Origin: an uncultured bacterium
Lineage (GTDB): Bacteria > Lernaellota > Lernaellaia > Lernaellales > Lernaellaceae
DNA: 64,000 bases
Direction of reading: 5' to 3'
Assembly: GCA_964534375.1 (NCBI GenBank)
Contig: CAZHPN010000007.1
Location: forward strand, 66-64,065
The notes below the pieces were generated by a model. That model ran no database searches. It saw only the letters and a program-made list of their open reading frames with translations, and was not told the origin of the DNA. Below, piece by piece: positions 1 through 8,147 of this stretch (its first letter is position 1; each line of letters opens with the position of its first letter). Both the position numbers and the translations under genes were made by a program.

Positions 1-680
1 CGATCGACCCGAAGAACGACTACTACATTCTGCCGACGTTGGCGCCGGTGGCGTTGCTGACAATCTACGCGGTGTCGCGCCTGCCGATTTCGGCCAAAGC
101 GCGAATGGCGACGGCAGCAGTTTTGCTGTTGTTCAGTCTCGCGCAGGCGTTGGAATTGTCGTGGAACCTCGGCGTTCTGCCGCGATCCGTCGTCCGCTCG
201 CGTTTGCAGGCGCTGTGGGCGAACGACGCCTGCCGCGGCTCCAAAGCCGCCGACTGTCTCTTCAACGTGTACCCGGCGCTGCCTACCGACACGAACGATC
301 AACAAATGGCGCTTGCCGCTGCGGCCGCCTATTTCCGGCAAAATCGCGGCGCCGACCAGTGCCGGATGTTCTATCCGCCCGGCTCGTCGTTGCGCGACTT
401 TGCACCGCACGCCTACTTCGTGAAGATGCTGGAGGGCACGCTCGACCGCGCGTTTTTCCCCGATGTGGCGGAAGCCGACGAGAATCTGCGCCGGGAGTTG
501 GCGGAAAAAGGCTGCGCCTACCTGTTGACCGCGAGCGCGGCGCCGCCGGAAGGAGCCGCCGCGGCCGGACTCGAAAGCCGACTCGCCATAGAGACAGTCT
601 GGCATGACGTGTCGACGCCGCGCGGCGACTCGCTGTTTCTCTTCCGTCTTGCCGTATCGCCGCCGGACTCGCCGAGATAA
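1..680 (+). CDS. 5'-truncated membrane protein, C-terminal part; possibly GT-C/ArnT-like glycosyltransferase
   Basis: Frame is open from the window edge (IDPKNDYYILPTLAP...), with a hydrophobic helix followed by a soluble domain; stop TAA at 678-680. Family call is weak. Confidence 0.55.
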   Translation, partial: IDPKNDYYILPTLAPVALLTIYAVSRLPISAKARMATAAVLLLFSLAQALELSWNLGVLPRSVVRSRLQALWANDACRGSKAADCLFNVYPALPTDTNDQQMALAAAAAYFRQNRGADQCRMFYPPGSSLRDFAPHAYFVKMLEGTLDRAFFPDVAEADENLRRELAEKGCAYLLTASAAPPEGAAAAGLESRLAIETVWHDVSTPRGDSLFLFRLAVSPPDSPR

Positions 681-708
681 GGAGATTCCCCGGTTTTCTT
701 TCCACACG

Positions 709-738
709 AAAACGCCCGGCCTCCGTGGAGACCGGGCG
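709..738 (-). terminator. Intrinsic terminator after the 762-2516 gene
   Basis: Minus strand CGCCCGGTCTC-CACG-GAGGCCGGGCG followed by TTTT, between convergent genes. Confidence 0.65.
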
Positions 739-761
739 CGAAAGGCTGGCGCGTCGGGCGT

Positions 762-2516
762 TTACGGCAGCAGCGACAAGATGTCGTAATTCGTCCAGAA
801 GTTCACCGCCGCCAGGTCGTAGCCGAGGATGCCGACGGGGTTGTAGGCGTTGATGTCCACGCCGGACGGCAGTTTGAAGCCGAAGAGCAGCACGACGTCA
901 TTGCTCGACGGCGTGATGTTCATCGCCGAAGTCGGGACCTGATAGCTCGTCTCCGTGCCCGGAACCTGCGCAAAGATCACCTTGCAGCCTTTGCACGCCG
1001 GGATATACGCGAGCATGTACAGATCGGGCGACTGCCCGCCGCCGGCCGCGAGCGTCCACGAAACCTCGCCCGTCGCGCCGTTGTAGGACGTGTTCGCGTC
1101 GTCGAACCAGGGCAGAAAATCCGCCGCGGCGTCGAACGAAACGCCGGAGGTCCACGCGCTCAGGTCGGTGGTGTATTTGATCGCCGCGGAAAAATGCGCC
1201 TTCGTCAGGTCGGAGGCCAGCAAATCGGTGGCGATCAGGCCCGTGATGTAAGCCGCATCGGTCACCTCGACGTAATCGAGCGCGCCGGCGCCGCTCTGCG
1301 CAATGGCGAGGCCGAACGGCACGAGCGCGCGGTGCGGCACGTCGGCGCCGATGATGCCGAGGTAATCGTAACCAGACGCCGAATTCGCCACCGCCAGCGG
1401 CAACGTGTGCTGCGGCGTTACGGATTCGAGTTCCGGCGCGCCGGCGCCGTTCCAGACCGGATCGACGCCGACGTAGGCGACGCCCAGCGCTTCGTTCAGC
1501 GCGGTCGGGATATACGGCGCCAGGCATTGCACCAGGCCGCTGCCGCCGGTGAGGCACGTCACCAACGTCAGCAGCTCGGTGACGTTGCTGAACACCTTCG
1601 CCACGTCGAGGCTGGCGACGACGCCCTCGATCGGCCACACCGTCGCGCCGCTCTGCACGGGCACCGCGAAATTGTCGTAACCGCCGGAAACCGAAAAGAC
1701 GTCCGGCACGGCCAAGTCGAGCGTCGGCAGAAAGATGTTGTCGTCGGTATAGTAAATGGTCGTGTTCTCGCCGAGCGTCAGCGTCATGTCCCACGTGCCG
1801 GCGGCCAGCAGCGCGCCCGGGGCGTCGAGCGAAAAGATCTCGCGTCGCGACACGCCGGGCAACGCCAGCCCGGCGTACAGCGGCTGCGTGAACAGCGTCG
1901 CCATATCGGGATTCGTCAGCGGCACGGGCGTGCCTTCCTGCGTGAAATCGCCGGCCGGCGAATCGGCGTAGGTGCGGCCGTAGCTGTCGGGCCGCAGGCG
2001 GAAGTACATCACAGCGGCGTCGGCTTGGTACGTCCAGGCCCAGTTGTTGGCGGCCCAGGCCGTGACGATGGGCGCGTCTTTGGCCAGCGGCAGCATGGCA
2101 TGGCCGCTGCTGTCGGTCGTGTAGGTTGTGCCGTTGTAGAGAACTTTGGCGCCGACCAGTGGCGCGCACGTGCCGTCGTCGTAAACGTAGGCGTCGATTT
2201 GCGTGGTCGGCGCGCCGCCGCCGATCAGGTTGCCGTCGCCGAGCGAGGCCGGGTCGGGCAGCGTGCACGTCAGCGGGGCGAACGTGTCGTCGTTGTCGTC
2301 GTTGTCGTCGTCGTTGTCGTCGTTGTCGTCATCGTCGTCGTCCGGGCTCGCGTCGTTGTCGTCGTTGTCGTTATCGTCATTGTCGTCATCGTCATCGAGG
2401 GTCGGCAAGTTCGGGTGATGGGTTGTGGATTTGGAATTGCCGCCGCCGCAACTCATCACGCAAACGGCCAGCAGGATGCACAACGCCGCGACCAGAGTCG
2501 AAACCGCAAATTTCAT
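762..2516 (-). CDS. Predicted lipoprotein with Asp/Asn-rich N-terminal linker and unknown beta-rich body
   Basis: Signal peptide ending VMS-C; D/N tract DDDDDNDDNDNDDNDASPDDDDDDNDDNDDDNDDNDD; then a carboxypeptidase-regulatory-like segment (APLVGAKVLYNGTTYTTDSSG). Confidence 0.8.
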   Translation of the reverse strand: MKFAVSTLVAALCILLAVCVMSCGGGNSKSTTHHPNLPTLDDDDDNDDNDNDDNDASPDDDDDDNDDNDDDNDDNDDTFAPLTCTLPDPASLGDGNLIGGGAPTTQIDAYVYDDGTCAPLVGAKVLYNGTTYTTDSSGHAMLPLAKDAPIVTAWAANNWAWTYQADAAVMYFRLRPDSYGRTYADSPAGDFTQEGTPVPLTNPDMATLFTQPLYAGLALPGVSRREIFSLDAPGALLAAGTWDMTLTLGENTTIYYTDDNIFLPTLDLAVPDVFSVSGGYDNFAVPVQSGATVWPIEGVVASLDVAKVFSNVTELLTLVTCLTGGSGLVQCLAPYIPTALNEALGVAYVGVDPVWNGAGAPELESVTPQHTLPLAVANSASGYDYLGIIGADVPHRALVPFGLAIAQSGAGALDYVEVTDAAYITGLIATDLLASDLTKAHFSAAIKYTTDLSAWTSGVSFDAAADFLPWFDDANTSYNGATGEVSWTLAAGGGQSPDLYMLAYIPACKGCKVIFAQVPGTETSYQVPTSAMNITPSSNDVVLLFGFKLPSGVDINAYNPVGILGYDLAAVNFWTNYDILSLLP

Positions 2517-2617
2517 CAGCGGATCTCCTTCTGCGCGCCGAACGCCGATGGGTTCGACGAATTACGGATGTTGCTGTTTGACGTTCATGATTACGCGCGA
2601 CCGAGCGGCGCGTCAAG

Positions 2618-3409
2618 TCAGTTGATCAGTTGCGCCGGCGGGCTGCCGAGCCGCGCCGCCGGATCCTGCCGGAAATAGGCGGCGAGCAACGCGTACAGAT
2701 CCGCATGCCGCGCCTGCAATTCGCGCGGCTTCTCGAAAAACGCCTCGGTCGCCACGGCAAAAAATTCGGCCGGGTTCGTCGCGCCGTATTTGCGCAGCAC
2801 GGTGCGGCGATGATGATCGCGGTCGTCGAGAAGCTGCGCGTACTCGGCGGCGAATACCTGCCGCCACGCGGCGTACGCGGCCCGGCTCGGCAGCCGCGGC
2901 ACGCCGTCGTGCGGGCCGGCTTCGTTGTCGAGCTGGTGCGCGAACTCGTGAAAAACGACGTTCTCGCCGTCATCCGGATTCTCCGCGTCGTACAAGACGT
3001 CGTCCCACGAAAGAATCACCTCGCCGCGGTTCCAGGCCTCGCCGATGCGGCTTTCGAGCCCTTCGACGACGGTGCCGTCGGCCAGATGGCGGGTCGCCGG
3101 GGCGAAATATTGTTCGGGGTAGACGACGATCGAGAGCGTCTCCGGATAATAATCGGCCTCGCGATGCAGCAGCAGGATGCACGCCTGCGCCGCGATCGTG
3201 ACGCGGACCTCGTCGGTGATCGCCTGGCCGCCGGCGCCCTCGATCTGCTTTTCGGCCAGAAACACCTGCACGTGGCCTCGCAGCTCGGCCCGTTCGTCCT
3301 CGGTCAGCAACTGATAATAAGGGACGTTGCGGTCGACGATCGCGAGCCATTCCGGCGGGAACGGCTCGCGCTTGAGGCGCTCGCGGCGGCGTTTTTTGAA
3401 ACCGAACAT
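2618..3409 (-). CDS. mtfA: MtfA-like zinc peptidase (M90 family)
   Basis: VTIAAQACILLL, GEAW...VILSW, NVVFHEFAHQLD (HExxH), YGATNPAEFFAVATEAFFE. Confidence 0.9.
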   Translation of the reverse strand: MFGFKKRRRERLKREPFPPEWLAIVDRNVPYYQLLTEDERAELRGHVQVFLAEKQIEGAGGQAITDEVRVTIAAQACILLLHREADYYPETLSIVVYPEQYFAPATRHLADGTVVEGLESRIGEAWNRGEVILSWDDVLYDAENPDDGENVVFHEFAHQLDNEAGPHDGVPRLPSRAAYAAWRQVFAAEYAQLLDDRDHHRRTVLRKYGATNPAEFFAVATEAFFEKPRELQARHADLYALLAAYFRQDPAARLGSPPAQLIN

Positions 3410-3575
3410 GCATTAGTTTTAGTCTATTTTCCGCCAAAGCAACAACGCGGAACCGCGAAGCGAACGAATTACGAGCATTCGCGGTTCCAAAAAACCCGCA
3501 GTCATCATCCTTGGCGGTTAATAACATCCTTGCGTCGCAGCGGCCCGGCACGATATCCTCGCGGGCGGAGGTCGG

Positions 3576-5030
3576 ATGCGCGTTTTTTTGGGCAATGCTC
3601 CGTGGAAAAAACCGGGCTTTTACGGCGTGCGCGCCGGCAGCCGCTGGCCGCACTTCGAGACGGCCGACCAGGAGTACATGCCGTTCCCGTTTTTTCTCGC
3701 CTACGCAACGGCCGTGCTCGAACACGCCGATTGCGACGTCTTGCTCGTCGACGCCTGCGCCGAGGGTCTCGACCTGCCGGCCTTCACCGACCGCGCGGCG
3801 ACGTTCGACCCAGCGCTCGTGCTGCTCGAGGTCAGCACGATTTCGATCGACGCGGATCTCGCCGCCGCGCGCGCGTTGCGCGAGCGCCTGCCGCAGACGC
3901 GCCTGGCCTTCGCCGGGCTGCACGCGTTCATGTACGAGCCGGCCTGGCTGGCGGAACATCCAGAAATCGACTTCGTCCTGATCGGCGAATACGAGCTGAC
4001 GTTGCGCGAGCTTGCCCGGCGCCTGGCCGCCGGCGCGCCGCTCACCGGCTGCGCCGGCCTGCTGTGGCGCGACCGCGGCCGCGTCGTCAGCGAAGGCCGC
4101 CGGCCGCTGCTTGAAGATCTCGACAGACTGCCGTGGCCGGCGCGGCATTTTCTGCCGATGGCGAATTACCACGACGAGCCGGGCTCGATCCCGCGCCCTT
4201 CGGCGCAAATGTGGGCGAGCCGCGGCTGCCCATTCGGGTGCATTTTTTGCGCGTGGCCGCAAATCATGTACGACTCGCGCCGCTGCCGCCTGCGGTCGAT
4301 CCGCGACACCGTTGACGAAATGGAGTGGCTGGTGCGCGAGGGCGGCTTCCGCTCGGTCTACTTCGACGACGACACCTTCAACGTGAATAAGGAACGGACG
4401 CTCGCCTTTGCCGCCGAGGTCAAACGCCGGCGGCTCGGCGCGCCGTGGGCGATCATGGCCCGCGCCGATTTGATGGACCGCGAAACGCTCGCCGCGCTGA
4501 AAGACAGCGGCCTGACGGCGCTGAAATACGGCGTCGAGTCGGCCGAACCGGAATTGCTGGCGCAGATGAACAAGTCGCTCGATCTCGAAAAGGTCGCGCA
4601 GGTCCTGGCGATCACGCGCGATCTCGGCATCAAAATGCACCTGACGTTCCTCTTCGGCATGCCCGGCGAAACGCGCGAAACGGCGCAGCGCACAATCGAC
4701 ATGGCGCTGGCGGCGGATGCGGAGTCCGTGCAGTTCAGCATCGCGACGCCGTTTCCGGGCAGCCGCTACCACCGCGACCTCGCGGCGGCGGGCCGGCTGC
4801 TGACCGACGATTTTGCGAAATACGACGGCTTCCGCAGCGCCGTGGTGCGCCCGGACCGGCTTGAACCGCGCGACCTGGAGGAGATCGTCGCCGAGGCCAA
4901 TCGCCGCTGGCGGGAGCATCGCTGGCGGCGGCGGAACCCCGACGCGCGCACGCCGTTGCAAAAGGCGGTCGACCTCGCCAAGGAGCCGAGCCGCATTCCC
5001 GAGAGCGTCCGGCGGTTCTTTCGCCGTTGA
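3576..5030 (+). CDS. B12-binding-domain radical SAM protein (HpnJ/BchE-like)
   Basis: SRGCPFGCIFC (CxxxCxxC), YFDDDTF, YGVES; N-terminal RAGSRWP...LAYATAVLE resembles HpnJ-type proteins. Confidence 0.85.
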   Translation: MRVFLGNAPWKKPGFYGVRAGSRWPHFETADQEYMPFPFFLAYATAVLEHADCDVLLVDACAEGLDLPAFTDRAATFDPALVLLEVSTISIDADLAAARALRERLPQTRLAFAGLHAFMYEPAWLAEHPEIDFVLIGEYELTLRELARRLAAGAPLTGCAGLLWRDRGRVVSEGRRPLLEDLDRLPWPARHFLPMANYHDEPGSIPRPSAQMWASRGCPFGCIFCAWPQIMYDSRRCRLRSIRDTVDEMEWLVREGGFRSVYFDDDTFNVNKERTLAFAAEVKRRRLGAPWAIMARADLMDRETLAALKDSGLTALKYGVESAEPELLAQMNKSLDLEKVAQVLAITRDLGIKMHLTFLFGMPGETRETAQRTIDMALAADAESVQFSIATPFPGSRYHRDLAAAGRLLTDDFAKYDGFRSAVVRPDRLEPRDLEEIVAEANRRWREHRWRRRNPDARTPLQKAVDLAKEPSRIPESVRRFFRR

Positions 5031-5106
5031 CGAACCCGCGTAAAAAGGTTGACACTTGCGGAGCGAGGCGGGTCGATGCCCGCCGCGTTTGCGAAGGGCG
5101 TACGAA

Positions 5107-5802
5107 ATGAGATGGCGGATTTACTTTTTTTTATTGGCGCTCGCGGTCGTTGCGGCGGCGATCGTTGTGTATCTCGGCTGCAGCGCGGATTCCACGAGTT
5201 CGAGCAACAACAATACAGTCACGGTCAACATCACCGTCCTGCGCGACGACTTGTTCGGCTTGAATCTGAACCAGGTGATCGGGCAGGCGCAGTTCAACCC
5301 CGCGAGCGGCGACGTCGGCGTCAACGTGCAGGGTCAGGTCTATCTCGCGACCCTCTCGCGGTTCCCGAATCAACAGATCAACGTCGCCATCGAACTGGAA
5401 AACCAGGACGCCGCGCGCCAGCCGTGGACGGCCATCCAATGGGTGCAGCAGGGCAACCTGGAAAACACCAATTTCCCGATTCCGCTCGTGGAGACCATCC
5501 CGACGCTGCTGAATTTCCGGGTGCACGTCTACTATTATCAATACGCCAACGGCACAACGTCGGACGACGACAGTTCGCCGATCGGCGCCGTCGAAGGCTC
5601 GCCCGTCGCCGACGACGACGCCTCGCCGACCGACGACGATGACGACAATGACGACGACGCCTCGCCCGCGGACGACGACGCCTCGCCGGCCGATGACGAT
5701 TCGTCGCCGGCCGACGACGATTCTTCGCCGAGCAAGGTTTTCGACGCGGAAGGCGTGTTCTTGTTTCTGGTGAACCGCGGTCAGCCAAGCACGGGAAATT
5801 AG
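5107..5802 (+). CDS. Predicted lipoprotein with C-terminal DDDASPA repeats
   Basis: ATG 5107; signal peptide ending YLG-C; Ser/Asn-rich start; five DDD(A/S)SP(T/A/S) units; short hydrophobic tail GVFLFLV. Confidence 0.75.
   Translation: MRWRIYFFLLALAVVAAAIVVYLGCSADSTSSSNNNTVTVNITVLRDDLFGLNLNQVIGQAQFNPASGDVGVNVQGQVYLATLSRFPNQQINVAIELENQDAARQPWTAIQWVQQGNLENTNFPIPLVETIPTLLNFRVHVYYYQYANGTTSDDDSSPIGAVEGSPVADDDASPTDDDDDNDDDASPADDDASPADDDSSPADDDSSPSKVFDAEGVFLFLVNRGQPSTGN
5611..5733 (+). repeat. Coding 21-nt / 7-aa repeat DDD(A/S)SP(T/A/S) x5
   Basis: GACGACGACGCCTCGCCGACC, GACGACGACGCCTCGCCCGCG, GACGACGACGCCTCGCCGGCC, GATGACGATTCGTCGCCGGCC, GACGACGATTCTTCGCCGAGC, with one DDDDDN spacer. Confidence 0.9.
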
Positions 5803-5857
5803 ACGGACATTGGATTTCTGTGCGCGCCGTCGCCGGATTTGGCGCCGCCGCCGCCCC

Positions 5858-5886
5858 TTGTTCCTCGCGAAGCGTTAGTGTATAAC
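5858..5886 (+). promoter_or_regulatory. Putative sigma70 promoter of the EF-G gene
   Basis: TTGTTC-17 bp-TATAAC, upstream of RBS AAGGAG and ATG 5924. Confidence 0.55.
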
Positions 5887-5923
5887 CCGCGCTCTTTTGA
5901 CGGACCGAGCGCAAGGAGTTGCC

Positions 5924-7990
5924 ATGCCGTTATCGAAAATTCGCAATATGGGCGTGGTCGCCCACATCGACGCCGGCAAGACGACCGTGACCGAGCGCAT
6001 CCTGTTTTACACCGGCGTAACCAAACGCATGGGCGAAGTGCACGACGGCAAAGCCACCATGGACTTCATGAAACAGGAGCAGGAACGGGGCATTACGATC
6101 GCGTCGGCGGCCATCACCTGCAAATGGCAGGGCTGCACGATCAACCTGATCGACACGCCCGGGCACGTCGATTTTACGCTGGAAGTCGAGCGCTCGCTGC
6201 GCGTGCTGGACGGCATGGTCATCGTCTTTTGCGGCGTTTCGGGCGTCGAACCGCAATCGGAGACGGTCTGGAACCAGGCCGAGCGCCACCACGTGCCGCG
6301 CATCGCCTTCGTCAACAAAATGGACCGCGAAGGGGCCGATTTCGCCCACTGCCTGCAAACGATGGACGAAATGCTCGACGCCAAAGCGCTGGCCTTCCAG
6401 TTGCCGATCGGCGCGGGGGCCGATTTTGTCGGGCTGATCGACTTGGTCGAGATGAAGGCCGTCATGTACGAAGAAGAGCGCAAGGTGATCGAGGAGATTC
6501 CCGCTGCGCTGCAATCCGCGGCCGAGGTCGCCCGCGCCAAAATGCTCGACACGCTCAGCGATTTCGACGACGAGCTGGCCGAGCTGTACCTCGAAGACAA
6601 GCCCGTGCCCAGCGAGCTGATCTGGCGGGTCGCGCGGCGCTGCGTGCTCGGCGATTTGCTGACGCCGGTTTTTTGCGGCGCGGCGTACAAGAACAAGGGC
6701 ATCACGCCGCTGCTCGACGCCGTCGTTTACCTGCTGCCGTCGCCGCTCGACGCCGGGGCCGAGGTGGGCGACGACCTGGTCGAGCCGGGCAAAACGCACA
6801 AACGCGCGCCGTCGGAGCACGAGCCGTTTTCCGCGCTGGCGTTCAAGATCATCCATGATCCCTACGTCGGGCAGCAAACCTTCATCCGGATTTATTCGGG
6901 CAAGATTCAGCCGGGCGACAAGATATTCAATCCGCGGCGGAAGCGCACCGAGCGCATCGGCCGCATTTTGCACATTCACGCCCGCGATCGCATCGACGCG
7001 GAAGCGGCCGGCGCGGGGGACATCGTCGCGCTGGTCGGCATGAAGCATACGCTGACGGGCGACACGCTTTGCGACCCGGAAAATCCGCTGATGTTCGAGG
7101 CGATCAAGGCGCCCGCGACGGTGATCTCGGTGAGCGTCACGGCCGACGGCTCAAAGGAGCAGGAAAAACTCGGCATGGCGCTGGCGAAACTGGCGATGGA
7201 AGACCCGTCGTTCCAGGTGACCTACGCCGACGAGACGCGAGAGAAAATCATCTCGGGCATGGGTGAGCTGCACCTGCAGATCATCGTCGATCGCCTGAAG
7301 ACCGACTTCAATGTCGAGGCGATCGTCGGCGCGCCGAAGGTGGCTTACCGGCAGACGATTACGCGCGAGGCGCGGGCCAATTACCGGCACGTCAAGCAAT
7401 CCGGCGGCCGCGGCCAGTTTGCGCACGTGGTGTTCCGCATCGAGCCGAACCCCGACGGCGGCTACGTTTTCGAAGACCACACCAAGGGCGGCGTGATCCC
7501 CGCCGAGTATATTCCGTCGGTCGATGAAGGCATCCAGGACGCGATGGAAAAAGGCCTCGGCTTCCCCGTCGTCGACGTCAAAGTGGTGCTGGAAGACGGC
7601 AACTACCACGCGGTCGATTCGTCGGATTTTGCCTTCAAGATGGCCGGCATCATGGGCTTTAAAGAAGCGTTTGCCGCGGCCGGGCCGACGCTGCTCGAGC
7701 CGATCATGAAAATCGAGATCGCGACGCCCGACGACCATATCGGCGACATCGTCGGCGACCTCGGGCGGCGCCGCGGCCGCATCGCCAGCATGCGCCGGTT
7801 CCGCAAAGGTTCGCAGAAACTGGTCGGCTCGGTGCCGTTGGCCGAGATGTTCGGCTACGCGACGGAGTTGCGCTCGCTCAGCAGCGGCCGGGCGAACTAC
7901 TCGATGGAATTGCTGCGCTATATGCCGACGCCGGCCGACGTCGAAAAGCGCGTGCGCGAGCAAGAAGAGGAGAACGCCCGCCGCCGGTGA
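5924..7990 (+). CDS. fusA: Elongation factor G (stand-alone copy)
   Basis: [51 protein letters not shown]; no rpsL/rpsG/tuf adjacent. Confidence 0.95.
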   Translation: MPLSKIRNMGVVAHIDAGKTTVTERILFYTGVTKRMGEVHDGKATMDFMKQEQERGITIASAAITCKWQGCTINLIDTPGHVDFTLEVERSLRVLDGMVIVFCGVSGVEPQSETVWNQAERHHVPRIAFVNKMDREGADFAHCLQTMDEMLDAKALAFQLPIGAGADFVGLIDLVEMKAVMYEEERKVIEEIPAALQSAAEVARAKMLDTLSDFDDELAELYLEDKPVPSELIWRVARRCVLGDLLTPVFCGAAYKNKGITPLLDAVVYLLPSPLDAGAEVGDDLVEPGKTHKRAPSEHEPFSALAFKIIHDPYVGQQTFIRIYSGKIQPGDKIFNPRRKRTERIGRILHIHARDRIDAEAAGAGDIVALVGMKHTLTGDTLCDPENPLMFEAIKAPATVISVSVTADGSKEQEKLGMALAKLAMEDPSFQVTYADETREKIISGMGELHLQIIVDRLKTDFNVEAIVGAPKVAYRQTITREARANYRHVKQSGGRGQFAHVVFRIEPNPDGGYVFEDHTKGGVIPAEYIPSVDEGIQDAMEKGLGFPVVDVKVVLEDGNYHAVDSSDFAFKMAGIMGFKEAFAAAGPTLLEPIMKIEIATPDDHIGDIVGDLGRRRGRIASMRRFRKGSQKLVGSVPLAEMFGYATELRSLSSGRANYSMELLRYMPTPADVEKRVREQEEENARRR

Positions 7991-8107
7991 GAAGATAATG
8001 CTCTCACCGGAAGACACGGAGAGCGCGCAGAGGCAGAGATTGATGGGAGGTTTTTCTCATGCATAGCAGGAGAGAGATTGATTTGATTGATCCCGTTGAT
8101 CCTGTCA
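7984..8107. repeat. Hairpin over the fusA stop plus short-period repeat arms
   Basis: CCGGTGAGA-9 nt-TCTCACCGG (7984-8010); ACACGGAGAG/CGCGCAGAG arm; GATCCCGTTGATCCTGTCA (8089-8107) before an A-tract. Confidence 0.7.
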
Positions 8108-8147
8108 AAAAAAATCAACCGACAGCGAGCCGCGCCCCGGTGGGGCG

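Noticed and set aside
2286-2396. GAC/AAC-rich tract as a phase-variable microsatellite
   Set aside because: Synonymous codons are mixed (GAT/GAC, AAT/AAC) and the period is 3, so slippage would not switch frame; treated as a protein-level linker.
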